The translations under genes were made by a program, and so were the position numbers. A stretch of DNA of 64,000 bases from Acutalibacteraceae bacterium (GTDB taxonomy: Bacteria; Bacillota; Clostridia; Oscillospirales; Acutalibacteraceae). The DNA lies in NCBI GenBank assembly GCA_045577495.1, contig JAZNIK010000028.1:865-64864 (forward strand), given 5' to 3'. Each line of letters opens with the position of its first letter. Positions within the stretch are counted from its first letter, which is position 1. Positions 55,808 to 64,000 of this stretch are shown piece by piece. The notes below the pieces were generated by a model. That model was not told the origin of the DNA and ran no database searches. It was given only the letters and a program-made list of their open reading frames with translations.

Positions 55808-56442
55808 ATTCTTGTGACAATAGCAACTACCGCATCAGGAATGCTATAATCATAGGTTAGTTTTACCTTTTGATTTTTTGGTACAAGCTTGCCGTTTTGC
55901 ACCTCAAGGGATAAAGATTTAATACCACAGCTAAGACCTGTGCCAATGTATTTAATATATGCCTCTTTCGCAGTCCAAACCTCAAAAAAGCATTGTTGCA
56001 TTAGTGATTTTCGGCGAGCAGGGTCGTTACCTGCTATATAGGACAACTCCTCTTCGGTAAACAGCTTTCTGGCAGTTATTGCAGAAAATTTGCGTATTTC
56101 TTCAACATCAACGCCGATTGGTTCATCGCTAATTGCTAAAACAGTGTATTTGCCACTGTGAGAAATATTAAAATGTGCAGGCAGATTAACAACATATGGT
56201 TTGCCGTGTTCACCTTTTGCAAAAACAAGTTTTTCTGGTTGAACTCCATAAAGCTTGCTTAGATATTTTTTAACAAGCATATCACCCGCCAAACTGAGTT
56301 TGCGGTCTTTGATATCAGTCTTTTTTAAAATTTCCTTCTGCCTTATTAAAGGTAGTAAGCTAAGCTCTTTTTCAAAAAGAAAATCGCTAAAATTTGTAAT
56401 ATCATAATAAAATAAGTTATACAAGATTTCACCTTCTCGCAT
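55804..56442 (-). CDS. 4-prime-phosphopantetheinyl transferase, Sfp type
   Basis: 212 aa with GVDVEEI and WTAKEAYIK. It overlaps the holB stop convergently by 4 nt. Confidence 0.8.
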   Translation of the reverse strand: MREGEILYNLFYYDITNFSDFLFEKELSLLPLIRQKEILKKTDIKDRKLSLAGDMLVKKYLSKLYGVQPEKLVFAKGEHGKPYVVNLPAHFNISHSGKYTVLAISDEPIGVDVEEIRKFSAITARKLFTEEELSYIAGNDPARRKSLMQQCFFEVWTAKEAYIKYIGTGLSCGIKSLSLEVQNGKLVPKNQKVKLTYDYSIPDAVVAIVTRI

Positions 56443-56495
56443 TTATTCTAACATAGATTTTTATAAAACACAAGCAGAAAGTATGAGGAAATCCT

Positions 56496-58784
56496 ATGAA
56501 AAACGGATACAAAACCATCTCATCAATTAAAAATGAATGTACTACATTTGCTGCATCAGTTTTGGCTAGAAATCACTCTATGCTTGATGATGCGGCTTTG
56601 AAATCTGCCTTTTTATCGACTAATGAACCGGTTGAAATTGCCGCTATTGTTAGCGAGGTTATATTTAGAAAAAAAGGTTTAAAACTTTTTGCTTGTCAAA
56701 TTGAAACCGCTTATGCCTTATATAAAGGTCACATTGCAGAGCTTCCAACAGGCGAGGGTAAAACCCTTGCCGCAGTTATTGCCGCCGCATTGTATGTAAA
56801 GGCAGAGCGTAGCGTTCAAATTTTGGTGTTTAATGATTATTTAGCAAATCGTGATGCTTTAGATAATAAAGAAATATTTGATTTTTTGGATATTTCCACA
56901 GCATTTATTGTTGAGGGAACACCTATTAAAGAAAGATTAACCGCTTATAATGCAGATGTGCTTTATATTTCCGCAAGAGAGGCGGGTTATGATTCTATCC
57001 GCAATTTTGTTGCTTTTTCTTCTGATGAACTTTTAGGCGGCAAGTATGATGTTGCAATAGTTGACGAGGCGGATTCGATTTTAATTGATGAGGCATCTAT
57101 TCCGCTTGTACTTGCCGGTAAAGCAGAAAATAGGGCGGCAGATGAATTAAAAATTATAGATGCTGTTTATCATCTTTTAGCAGAAGATTTTGAAATTGAT
57201 GAGCAGAATAATCAAATTTGGCTCAATGATAACGGAATAAAAAAGATTGAAAATCAGTTTGAAATTGATAATCTTTATGATAATCAAAATGTATCCTTGC
57301 TTTCGGGCGTAAATACCGCCTTACAAGCCGTTCATTTGCTTAAAAAGGATACTGATTATATTGTTCGTGAAGGTAAAATCGCGGTTATTGATGAGGCAAC
57401 CGGCAGAATAGCCTCAAACAGAAAATTCCCAAACACTTTGCATCGTTTTGTTGAGGCAAAAGAGGGAATTACCGATAATATTAACACGCAGATTTATTGC
57501 TCTATGACAATCGGCGCTTTTATGGAGCAGTATAAAACAATCTGCGGTATGACGGGTACTGCGGCAACCTCTGCTAATGAGCTCGAAACCACATACGAGC
57601 TTAGGACTATTGTTATGGAGCCTCATACACCTTGCATTAGAAACGACCATAAGGATATTGTCTTTTTAACCGACAAAGAGCGCGATGAGGCAGTTTTAAC
57701 TGAGATTGTTAAGGCAAATAAAGTAGGACAACCTGTTTTAATTGGCACCGCTAGTGTTATGGAGTCGGAAAAACTTTCTGCCAAACTTAGCGAGTTGGGT
57801 ATAAAGCATCAGGTTCTAAATGCCAAAAACGACCAAAAAGAAGCAGAAATAATCGCCGATGCGGGTAAGCCTTATTCTGTTACTGTTTCAACCAATATGG
57901 CGGGTAGAGGCGTTGATATTAAACTTGGCGGCAAGGATGAGGCGGATAAGCAGTTTGTTGCTGAGCGTGGCGGTCTATATGTTATAAGCACCACCATAAA
58001 TCGTAGCCGTAGAATTGATAATCAGTTAAAGGGTAGAGCCGGTAGACAGGGTGACCCGGGAGAAAGCAGATTTTTTATCAGTCTTGAGGATGAAACCATT
58101 TCTGCATTTTTTGAGCAAGAGGAGGGCGTTAAACCTCTAACCGAGAAAGAAAAATTTGCAATGGTTAGAACGGCACAACAAACCTTAGAGGGTAATGAGG
58201 CTGAAGCACGTTATACCCTTAAAAAATACTCATATATTATTGAGCGTCAACGCCGAGTTATGAGCAAATATCGTTCGCAACTTTTAAATGGTGAAAAAAC
58301 ACCCGAAATTTTAAGAAAAAACGATTTTGATGGTTATTTAGAACTTCAAAAACAGGTTGGCGATGATGAGATAAATCGTGCAGAAACTCTGCTACTTCTT
58401 CATTATATCAATCAGCACTTTTCAAATTATTTAGAGGCAATGGAAGAAGTTAAAAGTGGTATTCATTTAACAATCGTTGGTGGTAAAAATCCATTTGATG
58501 AATTCAATCGAGCCGCAATTGATTCTTTTCAAGAAATGAATCAGGATATATGCTTTGACGTTTTAAATAAAATGCAAACCTGCACTGTTGTTAATGGTAA
58601 AATCGACCTAGAAAACTTTAATTTATCAAAATCAACGGGTACTTGGACATATATGGTTGACGATTCAACAGGTCAGTTTAATCATTTACCTGCGCTTATG
58701 AATATGGTTAGTAAAAAAATTAAAAAGAGTTTATCTCTTGGCGACAGACTTGATAATTTTTTAAATCGTTTTAAAAATAAATAA
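56496..58784 (+). CDS. Divergent SecA-family ATPase (SecA2-like paralog)
   Basis: 762 aa. ELPTGEGKTL, VFNDYLANRD, VDEADSILIDEA, MTGTA, TNMAGRGVDIKLGG, and RRIDNQLKGRAGRQGDPGESRF are present. The normally invariant TNNEFGFDYLRDN region reads SAREAGYDSIRNF, and there is no C-terminal Zn-finger tail. Confidence 0.75.
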   Translation: MKNGYKTISSIKNECTTFAASVLARNHSMLDDAALKSAFLSTNEPVEIAAIVSEVIFRKKGLKLFACQIETAYALYKGHIAELPTGEGKTLAAVIAAALYVKAERSVQILVFNDYLANRDALDNKEIFDFLDISTAFIVEGTPIKERLTAYNADVLYISAREAGYDSIRNFVAFSSDELLGGKYDVAIVDEADSILIDEASIPLVLAGKAENRAADELKIIDAVYHLLAEDFEIDEQNNQIWLNDNGIKKIENQFEIDNLYDNQNVSLLSGVNTALQAVHLLKKDTDYIVREGKIAVIDEATGRIASNRKFPNTLHRFVEAKEGITDNINTQIYCSMTIGAFMEQYKTICGMTGTAATSANELETTYELRTIVMEPHTPCIRNDHKDIVFLTDKERDEAVLTEIVKANKVGQPVLIGTASVMESEKLSAKLSELGIKHQVLNAKNDQKEAEIIADAGKPYSVTVSTNMAGRGVDIKLGGKDEADKQFVAERGGLYVISTTINRSRRIDNQLKGRAGRQGDPGESRFFISLEDETISAFFEQEEGVKPLTEKEKFAMVRTAQQTLEGNEAEARYTLKKYSYIIERQRRVMSKYRSQLLNGEKTPEILRKNDFDGYLELQKQVGDDEINRAETLLLLHYINQHFSNYLEAMEEVKSGIHLTIVGGKNPFDEFNRAAIDSFQEMNQDICFDVLNKMQTCTVVNGKIDLENFNLSKSTGTWTYMVDDSTGQFNHLPALMNMVSKKIKKSLSLGDRLDNFLNRFKNK

Positions 58785-58800
58785 AGTTTCTAGCAATGTA

Positions 58801-58831
58801 AAAACGGAAGAAGTTTTGCTTCTTCCGTTTT
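58801..58831. terminator. Bidirectional terminator between the SecA-like gene and nth
   Basis: 13-bp stem AAAACGGAAGAAG / CTTCTTCCGTTTT with a 5-nt loop. Confidence 0.85.
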
Positions 58832-58835
58832 AAAA

Positions 58836-59471
58836 TTATATTCTTTTATCACAAATATCTTTAATACAGCAGTTATAACATTTAGGGGAACGTGCGGTAC
58901 AAGTTGCTCTGCCGTGTAAAACGGCTCTGTGGCAAAAATCACTTGATTTTTCGGGTGGCAAGAGTTTACGCATAGCATCCTCAACCTTACGAGGCTCCTT
59001 AGTTTTAACAAACCCCATTCTGTTGCACAGTCTTATAAAATGTGTATCTGTAACTACTGCAGGTTTACCATAAACGTCACCTAAAATAAGGTTGGCGGTT
59101 TTTCTGCCAATACCCGGTAGTGATATAAGGGCTTCCATGCTATCGGGCACCTCACCGTTATATTCCGCCTCAAGCACCTTGCCAAGCGCTATTAGGTCCT
59201 TAGCCTTTGTGTGATAAAGACCACATGTTTTTATAAGTTTTTCAACCTTTTCAAGAGGTGCGTTTGCAAAATCCTTTGGTGTGGGTAGCTCGTTGAATAG
59301 GGCAGGGGTAATTAAATTTACTCTGGCATCGGTGCACTGTGCTGATAAACGAGTTGCAACAAGTAATTGAAAAGGCGTGTTTGCCTCAAGAGAGCATTTA
59401 GCATCGGGATATTCCGCCTCAAACAAGGCAATTATATTAAGAAGTTTGTCTTTTTTATCTCTTGTTGTCAT
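58836..59471 (-). CDS. nth: Endonuclease III
   Basis: HhH-GPD (LPGIGRKTANL) and a 4Fe-4S cluster loop C-x6-C-x2-C-x5-C at the C-terminus. ATG 59471 gives the usual N-terminus; the track GTG is at 59510. Confidence 0.9.
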   Translation of the reverse strand: MTTRDKKDKLLNIIALFEAEYPDAKCSLEANTPFQLLVATRLSAQCTDARVNLITPALFNELPTPKDFANAPLEKVEKLIKTCGLYHTKAKDLIALGKVLEAEYNGEVPDSMEALISLPGIGRKTANLILGDVYGKPAVVTDTHFIRLCNRMGFVKTKEPRKVEDAMRKLLPPEKSSDFCHRAVLHGRATCTARSPKCYNCCIKDICDKRI

Positions 59472-59519
59472 AAAAACTAATTTTCCTTTGCTTTTTGCTA
59501 AGTATAACACATTTATATA

Positions 59520-59557
59520 TTAAAAAGCAAGCAATAGAAAAAACTACTGCTTGCTTT
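59520..59557 (-). terminator. Terminator downstream of the GH3 gene
   Basis: AAGCAAGCA / TGCTTGCTT stem. The minus-strand reading is followed by TTTTTAAT. Confidence 0.55.
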
Positions 59558-59568
59558 CTTTTTTGAAA

Positions 59569-61722
59569 TTAAATTAAGGTAAATTCAAGATTAGTTGTAT
59601 TTCTGCAATTTGTACCTACCATTGCCTCAAAATCACCTTTTTCTGAGCCAAAGGTCATATCCTTGCGCCAGAATTTTAGCATTTCTTCGGTTATTTCAAA
59701 AGTAACAACAGTTTCTTCACCCGGTGATAGTTTAACCTTTTTAAATGCTTTGAGTTCGCCCATAGGCCGCACAACACTTCCTACTAAATCCCTGATATAA
59801 AGTTGCACTACCTCGCTTGATTTAAAATCACCGCTATTTTTAATGGTTACACTAAGAGTTATTGGTTTATCTTTTGTTATTGTGTTACAGGAAAGGGTCG
59901 CGTTAGAATACTCAAACTTTGTATACGAAAGTCCATAACCAAAAGGATACAAGGGATATGTATATTCATCAATATAATTTGAGGTCATTGAACGGATTTT
60001 TTCCTGCTCAGGAGTTTTGCAATATCTGCCCGTTCTTGTGTTTGTGTAGTAAATAGGGCATTGACCAACAGAATAAGGCCAAGACATTGTGAGTCTTCCT
60101 TCAGGAACCGAATCACCACATATAAGCGATGCAGCCGCATCGCCGCCTGCGGTACCCGGTTGCCACATACAAAGAATTGCAGGTGCAATCTCATCAAGCT
60201 CGGGAATTGCAAGAGGTCTGCCACAGAAGAGTACAACAGCGGTATTTTTATTTGCTTTGCATACCGCTTTTGCAAGTTCTATTTGGGCTTTTGGTATTGT
60301 TATATCTGCGCGGCAGGTTGCTTCGCCACTGTATTTCATATGCTCACCAATGCAAAGAACAACCGCGTCTGCTGACTTTGCTGCTCTAACAGCTTTAGAA
60401 AAATTAGTAGTATTGTCATCAAGTTCAAAACTGCAAGCAGGTATGTGTGTGATTTTAGAGTTACTAAATTGTTTTTCAATTCCGCTTTTAATTGTTGAGA
60501 TTGTGCTTTTGCCGTATTGCTTATCGCCAAAGCAACTCCAACTACCAATAATTTCTTCTGTATCTGCAAATGGACCGATTAAAGCGATTTTTTTAGTTGC
60601 TTTTGAAATGGGTAAAACATTTTCGTTTTTAAGCAAAACTGCAGATTTCTCAGCGCATTTTTTAGCATATGCTATGTGATTTGCATCTAGTGTAAAATCG
60701 GTTGGTTTCTTTGAATCTTGGTTATATGGCGATTCAAATAAGCCTTTGGATTCTTTTAAGGATAAAACTCTAAGACATGCTTCATCAATATCTTTTTCTT
60801 TAATTTTACCTTCGTCATAAAGCTCTTTTAAATATTTTATGTAGCAGTGCGATGACATATCCATATCAACACCTGCGTTAAAAGCCAAAAGCGCAGCCTC
60901 TTTTCCATCCTTTGCAACACCATGACCAACCGTCTCCCAAATGGCGTTGGAATCAGAAATTACCACACCCTTAAAGCCCATTTCTTTACGGAGAGTACCT
61001 TTAATTAAATCTTTATCTATTGTGGATGGAATATCATTGACAGAACTGTAGGAGGTCATCATCATATCTACTCCAGCATCAACAACAGCTTTATAAGGAG
61101 GTAAAACTCGTTCTTTAAAAAATCTGTCATTAAGGCGCGTATGGTTGTATTCGCGACCTGATTCTACAAAGCCATATCCTGCAAAGTGTTTTGCACAACA
61201 CATAACACCTGCTTTATGAAATCCCTCAACAGTTGCTTTACCCATAAGCGAGTTTATTAAAACATCTTCGCCGTAAGATTCCATAACTCTGCCCCAGCGT
61301 GCATCTTGCAACAAATCAACCATTGGAGCAAAGGTAACGTGTATATCGCGGTCGGCTGCCTCTTTACCCGCAATGTATGAACTTTCGCGAACCAATTCAT
61401 CATCAAATGAACAAGCAAGACCTAACGCGATTGGGAACAATGTATCACAACCGTGGATTACATCGTGCATTGCAATTAACGGAACCTTGCCACCAATTTC
61501 ATCTGAGAGGTATTCTTTTAAAACATGTGTAACATTTGAAACGCGCGCATTATTAAGCACACTGCCAACAATAGCGCGTTCATTATCAGTCATATTTAGT
61601 TCATCTTCTTCAAAAATATTGGTTTCAGGGTCTTTTCTAATAATAAATTTACCATATGTTTGAACAAGTTGACCTAGTTTTTCTTCAACAGTTAAGGTTT
61701 TTAATAATTTTTTTGCATTCAT
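59569..61722 (-). CDS. Glycoside hydrolase family 3 beta-glucosidase/xylosidase-like (BglX-type), cytoplasmic (no signal peptide)
   Basis: LTVEEKLGQL, KHFAGYG, and GVVISDS (nucleophile Asp region), with a C-terminal Fn3-like domain. The start is uncertain: ATG 61722 lies 11 nt after AGGTGG, and the track GTG is at 61737. Confidence 0.85.
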   Translation of the reverse strand: MNAKKLLKTLTVEEKLGQLVQTYGKFIIRKDPETNIFEEDELNMTDNERAIVGSVLNNARVSNVTHVLKEYLSDEIGGKVPLIAMHDVIHGCDTLFPIALGLACSFDDELVRESSYIAGKEAADRDIHVTFAPMVDLLQDARWGRVMESYGEDVLINSLMGKATVEGFHKAGVMCCAKHFAGYGFVESGREYNHTRLNDRFFKERVLPPYKAVVDAGVDMMMTSYSSVNDIPSTIDKDLIKGTLRKEMGFKGVVISDSNAIWETVGHGVAKDGKEAALLAFNAGVDMDMSSHCYIKYLKELYDEGKIKEKDIDEACLRVLSLKESKGLFESPYNQDSKKPTDFTLDANHIAYAKKCAEKSAVLLKNENVLPISKATKKIALIGPFADTEEIIGSWSCFGDKQYGKSTISTIKSGIEKQFSNSKITHIPACSFELDDNTTNFSKAVRAAKSADAVVLCIGEHMKYSGEATCRADITIPKAQIELAKAVCKANKNTAVVLFCGRPLAIPELDEIAPAILCMWQPGTAGGDAAASLICGDSVPEGRLTMSWPYSVGQCPIYYTNTRTGRYCKTPEQEKIRSMTSNYIDEYTYPLYPFGYGLSYTKFEYSNATLSCNTITKDKPITLSVTIKNSGDFKSSEVVQLYIRDLVGSVVRPMGELKAFKKVKLSPGEETVVTFEITEEMLKFWRKDMTFGSEKGDFEAMVGTNCRNTTNLEFTLI

Positions 61723-61742
61723 TTTTTTGCTTACCACCTAGC

Positions 61743-61762
61743 AACAATATATATATATTGTT
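61743..61762. promoter_or_regulatory. Perfect 20-bp palindrome immediately upstream of the GH3 RBS (candidate operator)
   Basis: AACAATATAT|ATATATTGTT, read directly from the sequence. Confidence 0.4.
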
Positions 61763-61818
61763 TTTATTATAAATTTTTCATCATATTAAGTCAAACGGTT
61801 ATAAGCATATTGCTTAAA

Positions 61819-61866
61819 ATTGTCTGCTTTTTTTCAAGAATTGTCTGCTTTTTTTCAAGAATTGTC
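61819..61866. repeat. Tandem direct repeat: two perfect 21-bp units plus a 6-bp partial third unit
   Basis: ATTGTCTGCTTTTTTTCAAGA at 61819-61839 and 61840-61860, then ATTGTC at 61861-61866. Confidence 0.9.
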
Positions 61867-61908
61867 CACAAATTAAATCGTATTTGTTATTTAACTTTAT
61901 TTTACATA

Positions 61909-61937
61909 TTGCAGTATTAAAAATAGTGTGTTATAAT
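61909..61937 (+). promoter_or_regulatory. Sigma-A promoter of dinB
   Basis: TTGCAG (61909-61914), 17 nt, TATAAT (61932-61937), with TG at 61929-61930. Confidence 0.55.
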
Positions 61938-61943
61938 ATAAAC

Positions 61944-61957
61944 AGAACAAGTGTTCG
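61944..61957 (+). promoter_or_regulatory. LexA (SOS/Cheo) box
   Basis: AGAACAAGTGTTCG matches the Gram-positive GAAC-N4-GTTC core. It lies between the -10 element and the dinB RBS. Confidence 0.7.
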
Positions 61958-61977
61958 AATGTTTTGGAGGCGTAAAA

Positions 61978-63198
61978 ATGCAAAGAATAATACTTCATTG
62001 TGATTTAAATAATTTTTTCGCATCTGCAACACTCTCAAAAAATCCAACACTTAAAAACCTACCGGTTGCGGTATGCGGCGATGCCGAAAAACGTCACGGT
62101 ATAATTTTAGCAAAAAACACCATAGCTAAAAACTATGGTGTTAAAACTGCCGAAACAATTTGGGAGGCAAAACGAAAGTGCGCTAATCTTGTTTTGCTTA
62201 AGCCGGATTATAATTTATATGAAACTCTTTCTAAAAAGGTGCAACAAATTTATTTAAGATATTCCGATTTGGTTGAGCCTTTTGGTATTGATGAATGTTG
62301 GGTTGAGATAACAAATCCAATGGTTGATTTTAAAAAAGGCGAGCAGATAGCAAACGATATGCGTGAAAATATAAAAAGGGAATTAGGGCTTACAATATCT
62401 GTTGGCGTTAGTTTTACAAAAACTCTTGCAAAGCTCGGCTCTGATATGAAAAAACCCGATGCGGTTACAGTTATAACCCCTGAAGTTTTACAAAATAAAG
62501 TTTGGCCACTTGATTGCAGAGAACTTTTAATGGTTGGCAAGGCTACGGCAAACAATCTGCGTTCTATGGGTATTTTTACTATTGGAGATTTAGCAAAAGC
62601 TGATGTAAATGCCCTTAAAAACCGTATTGGCAAAAACGGAGTAATGCTTAAAAAAGTCGCCTTAGGGGAGGAAAATTCTAAGGTAAAACCTTATTATTTA
62701 CACGAAAAACCAAAGAGCATTAGCCATTCAGCAACAGCAGAGCGTGATTTAACAACCTTAGAAGAAGTATTTGCAGCTTTTTTAGAATTTGCTGAAAGTA
62801 TTTCGGATAAACTTAAAAAAGAGCGCCTTTTAGCAAAAGGTATTGTGGTTAAAACAACAACCTTTGATTTTCACACTAAAGAGTATAGAACAAAGTTTAA
62901 ACAACCTACAGACTTATCCTTTACTATTGCTAATGAGGCTATTGAGGTTTTTAAGAAAAATAATTGCTTAGAAAAACCGCTGCGCGCAGTTGGTATAGCG
63001 GCAATTAACCTTATCGAACCAAATTCTACCTTAAACCAATTAAGCCTCTTTGATGAGGAAGAAAACACTACTTTAGAACAGTTAGAAAAAAATATGAGAA
63101 GTATTAGAAAAAAGTATGGTAATGATTCGGTAAAAAGGGCAATTTGTATGGATAATATTGCAAAGCCATCTTCACCAGGATTTCATAAAAATAAGTAA
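61978..63198 (+). CDS. dinB: DNA polymerase IV (Y-family)
   Basis: MQRIILHCDLNNFFASA, SIDECW-like GIDECWVE, and little-finger domain length. ATG 61978 lies 7 nt after GGAGG; the track GTG is at 61951. Confidence 0.92.
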   Translation: MQRIILHCDLNNFFASATLSKNPTLKNLPVAVCGDAEKRHGIILAKNTIAKNYGVKTAETIWEAKRKCANLVLLKPDYNLYETLSKKVQQIYLRYSDLVEPFGIDECWVEITNPMVDFKKGEQIANDMRENIKRELGLTISVGVSFTKTLAKLGSDMKKPDAVTVITPEVLQNKVWPLDCRELLMVGKATANNLRSMGIFTIGDLAKADVNALKNRIGKNGVMLKKVALGEENSKVKPYYLHEKPKSISHSATAERDLTTLEEVFAAFLEFAESISDKLKKERLLAKGIVVKTTTFDFHTKEYRTKFKQPTDLSFTIANEAIEVFKKNNCLEKPLRAVGIAAINLIEPNSTLNQLSLFDEEENTTLEQLEKNMRSIRKKYGNDSVKRAICMDNIAKPSSPGFHKNK

Positions 63199-63228
63199 AT
63201 TTTTGCTAATTTTTAAGAAGATAATGTA

Positions 63229-63257
63229 TTGACAATAAAAATTGTAAATTATATAAT
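63229..63257 (+). promoter_or_regulatory. Consensus sigma-A promoter of the GH2 gene
   Basis: TTGACA (63229-63234), 17 nt, TATAAT (63252-63257). Confidence 0.7.
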
Positions 63258-63288
63258 GAAACGAATATATATGTTTGTAGGTGATTTT

Positions 63289-64000
63289 ATGAAATCAACA
63301 TTGTCTTGGTGTTTGGGATATTGTGATAACGCAGATTCAAGACCACTGGAAACCTTTTCAGCCACCGTTCCGGGAGCTGTTCAATTAGATTATGCAAAGG
63401 CATATAATTTGCCGGATTATAATTTTGAAAAAGGTTATGAAGAATATCGTTGGATGGAGGATAAATATTGGGTTTATTCTGCAGAATATGATGCAACTTC
63501 GGTTAATTCTCCATATTTAAGATTTATAGCAGAGGGAATAGACTATAAGTATGATGTATTTGTTAATTCTAAAAAGCTTCTTTCTTATGAGGGAATGTAT
63601 AGAAAAAACATTGTTGATTTAACAGAATATATAGGTCAAAAAATCTCTTTGGAGGTTTTGGTGCATCCTGTTCCCAAAAGCACAGTCGGTGAGGTTAATC
63701 CAAATTCAAGAGATGAACAAAAACAATCCTGTAAGCCTGGTGTAAGCTATGGTTGGGATTTTCATCCTCGTTTAATTCCTCTAGGTATTTGGAAGGATGC
63801 ATACATAGAATTATCCGAACATAATGAACCTATCAAACCTATAGTTAATTATACCATTACCGAAAATCGCGATAAGGCAAACGTTACATTTAATGTTAAT
63901 GTTGATAATATCATAGGCTGGAAAATGTTCGCACCAAATGGTGATGAGATATTTAATAGCAAAAATTCTTTTGATACTTTTGAAATTAACAATCCAAAGC
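63289..64000 (+). CDS. Glycoside hydrolase family 2, beta-mannosidase-like, N-terminal 237 codons (truncated by the window edge)
   Basis: Absent from the ORF track because there is no stop in the window. ATG 63289 follows GTAGGTGA. The translation MKSTLSWCLGY...ATVPGAVQLDY...YLRFIAEGIDYKYDVFVNSKKL...SYGWDFHPRLIPLGIWKDAYIE is open to position 64000. Confidence 0.65.
   Translation, partial: MKSTLSWCLGYCDNADSRPLETFSATVPGAVQLDYAKAYNLPDYNFEKGYEEYRWMEDKYWVYSAEYDATSVNSPYLRFIAEGIDYKYDVFVNSKKLLSYEGMYRKNIVDLTEYIGQKISLEVLVHPVPKSTVGEVNPNSRDEQKQSCKPGVSYGWDFHPRLIPLGIWKDAYIELSEHNEPIKPIVNYTITENRDKANVTFNVNVDNIIGWKMFAPNGDEIFNSKNSFDTFEINNPK

Noticed and set aside
55804-56442. The Sfp-type PPTase as a sign of a nearby NRPS/PKS or other carrier-protein biosynthetic cluster
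   Set aside because: No carrier-protein, NRPS, PKS or related genes exist anywhere in the window. Its neighbours are holB and a secA paralog, so any partner pathway must lie elsewhere.
60089-60679. 196-aa, 104-aa and 86-aa plus-strand ORFs inside the GH3 gene
   Set aside because: They are antisense shadows of a gene with clear GH3 motifs, and I see no start signals for them. The same reasoning applies to 24360-24791, 8339-8728, 18546-18950, 46326-46709 and the other short track ORFs nested in annotated genes.
1-64000. CRISPR arrays, tRNA/rRNA genes, tmRNA/RNase P/SRP RNA, transposases, toxin-antitoxin pairs and defence islands
   Set aside because: I inspected all intergenic gaps longer than 150 nt (3315-3538, 4716-4997, 7531-7726, 21375-21592, 30473-30626, 32884-33111, 34492-34658, 35799-36034, 45899-46085, 61723-61977). 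They are AT-rich promoter or terminator DNA without cloverleaf-like or GC-rich structured segments. The only tandem repeat is the 21-mer pair at 61819-61866. This was inspection by eye only, with no tRNAscan or Infernal run.

Overview
This window is a 64-kb, visibly AT-rich chromosomal segment of an endospore-forming Firmicute, probably class Clostridia. The taxon call rests on spo0A, thyX, an ispH-S1 fusion gene and Gram-positive style RBS, promoter and terminator signals. GC content was not computed.

The window is densely packed with about 60 genes, mostly housekeeping:
- DNA repair and replication: uvrA, dinB with a LexA box, nth, ruvX, holB.
- Nucleotide metabolism: cmk, prs, thyX, tmk.
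- Translation and secretion: trpS, rlmB, tmcAL, secG, and a divergent secA paralog.
- Envelope: a PBP, mltG, plsC, a phosphoglycosyl transferase, and a Wzy_C-like protein.
- Carbon metabolism: rbsK, ackA, galK, galT, malQ.
- Glycoside hydrolases and an esterase.

I saw no rRNA, tRNA, CRISPR array, transposase or prophage block.

Both window edges carry long truncated ORFs that are missing from the supplied ORF track:
- 1..3137 (-): a secreted CE2-like esterase fused to a GH140-like module.
- 63289..64000 (+): a GH2 beta-mannosidase-like N-terminus.

The most interesting candidates are:
1. A translationally coupled triad at 13561..15552. It comprises a protein with squalene/phytoene-synthase-like Asp-rich motifs, a J-domain protein ending in a 10-Cys string, and a small membrane protein.
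2. A 982-aa protein at 26499..29447 with a colinear P1B-ATPase layout in which every catalytic signature is substituted. About 440 low-complexity residues precede it.
3. An unannotated 47-codon ORF with a strong RBS at 3171..3314.
4. Structured repeats in the GH3/dinB intergenic region.

All family assignments are motif-level readings made by eye and from memory. No database search or alignment was run.
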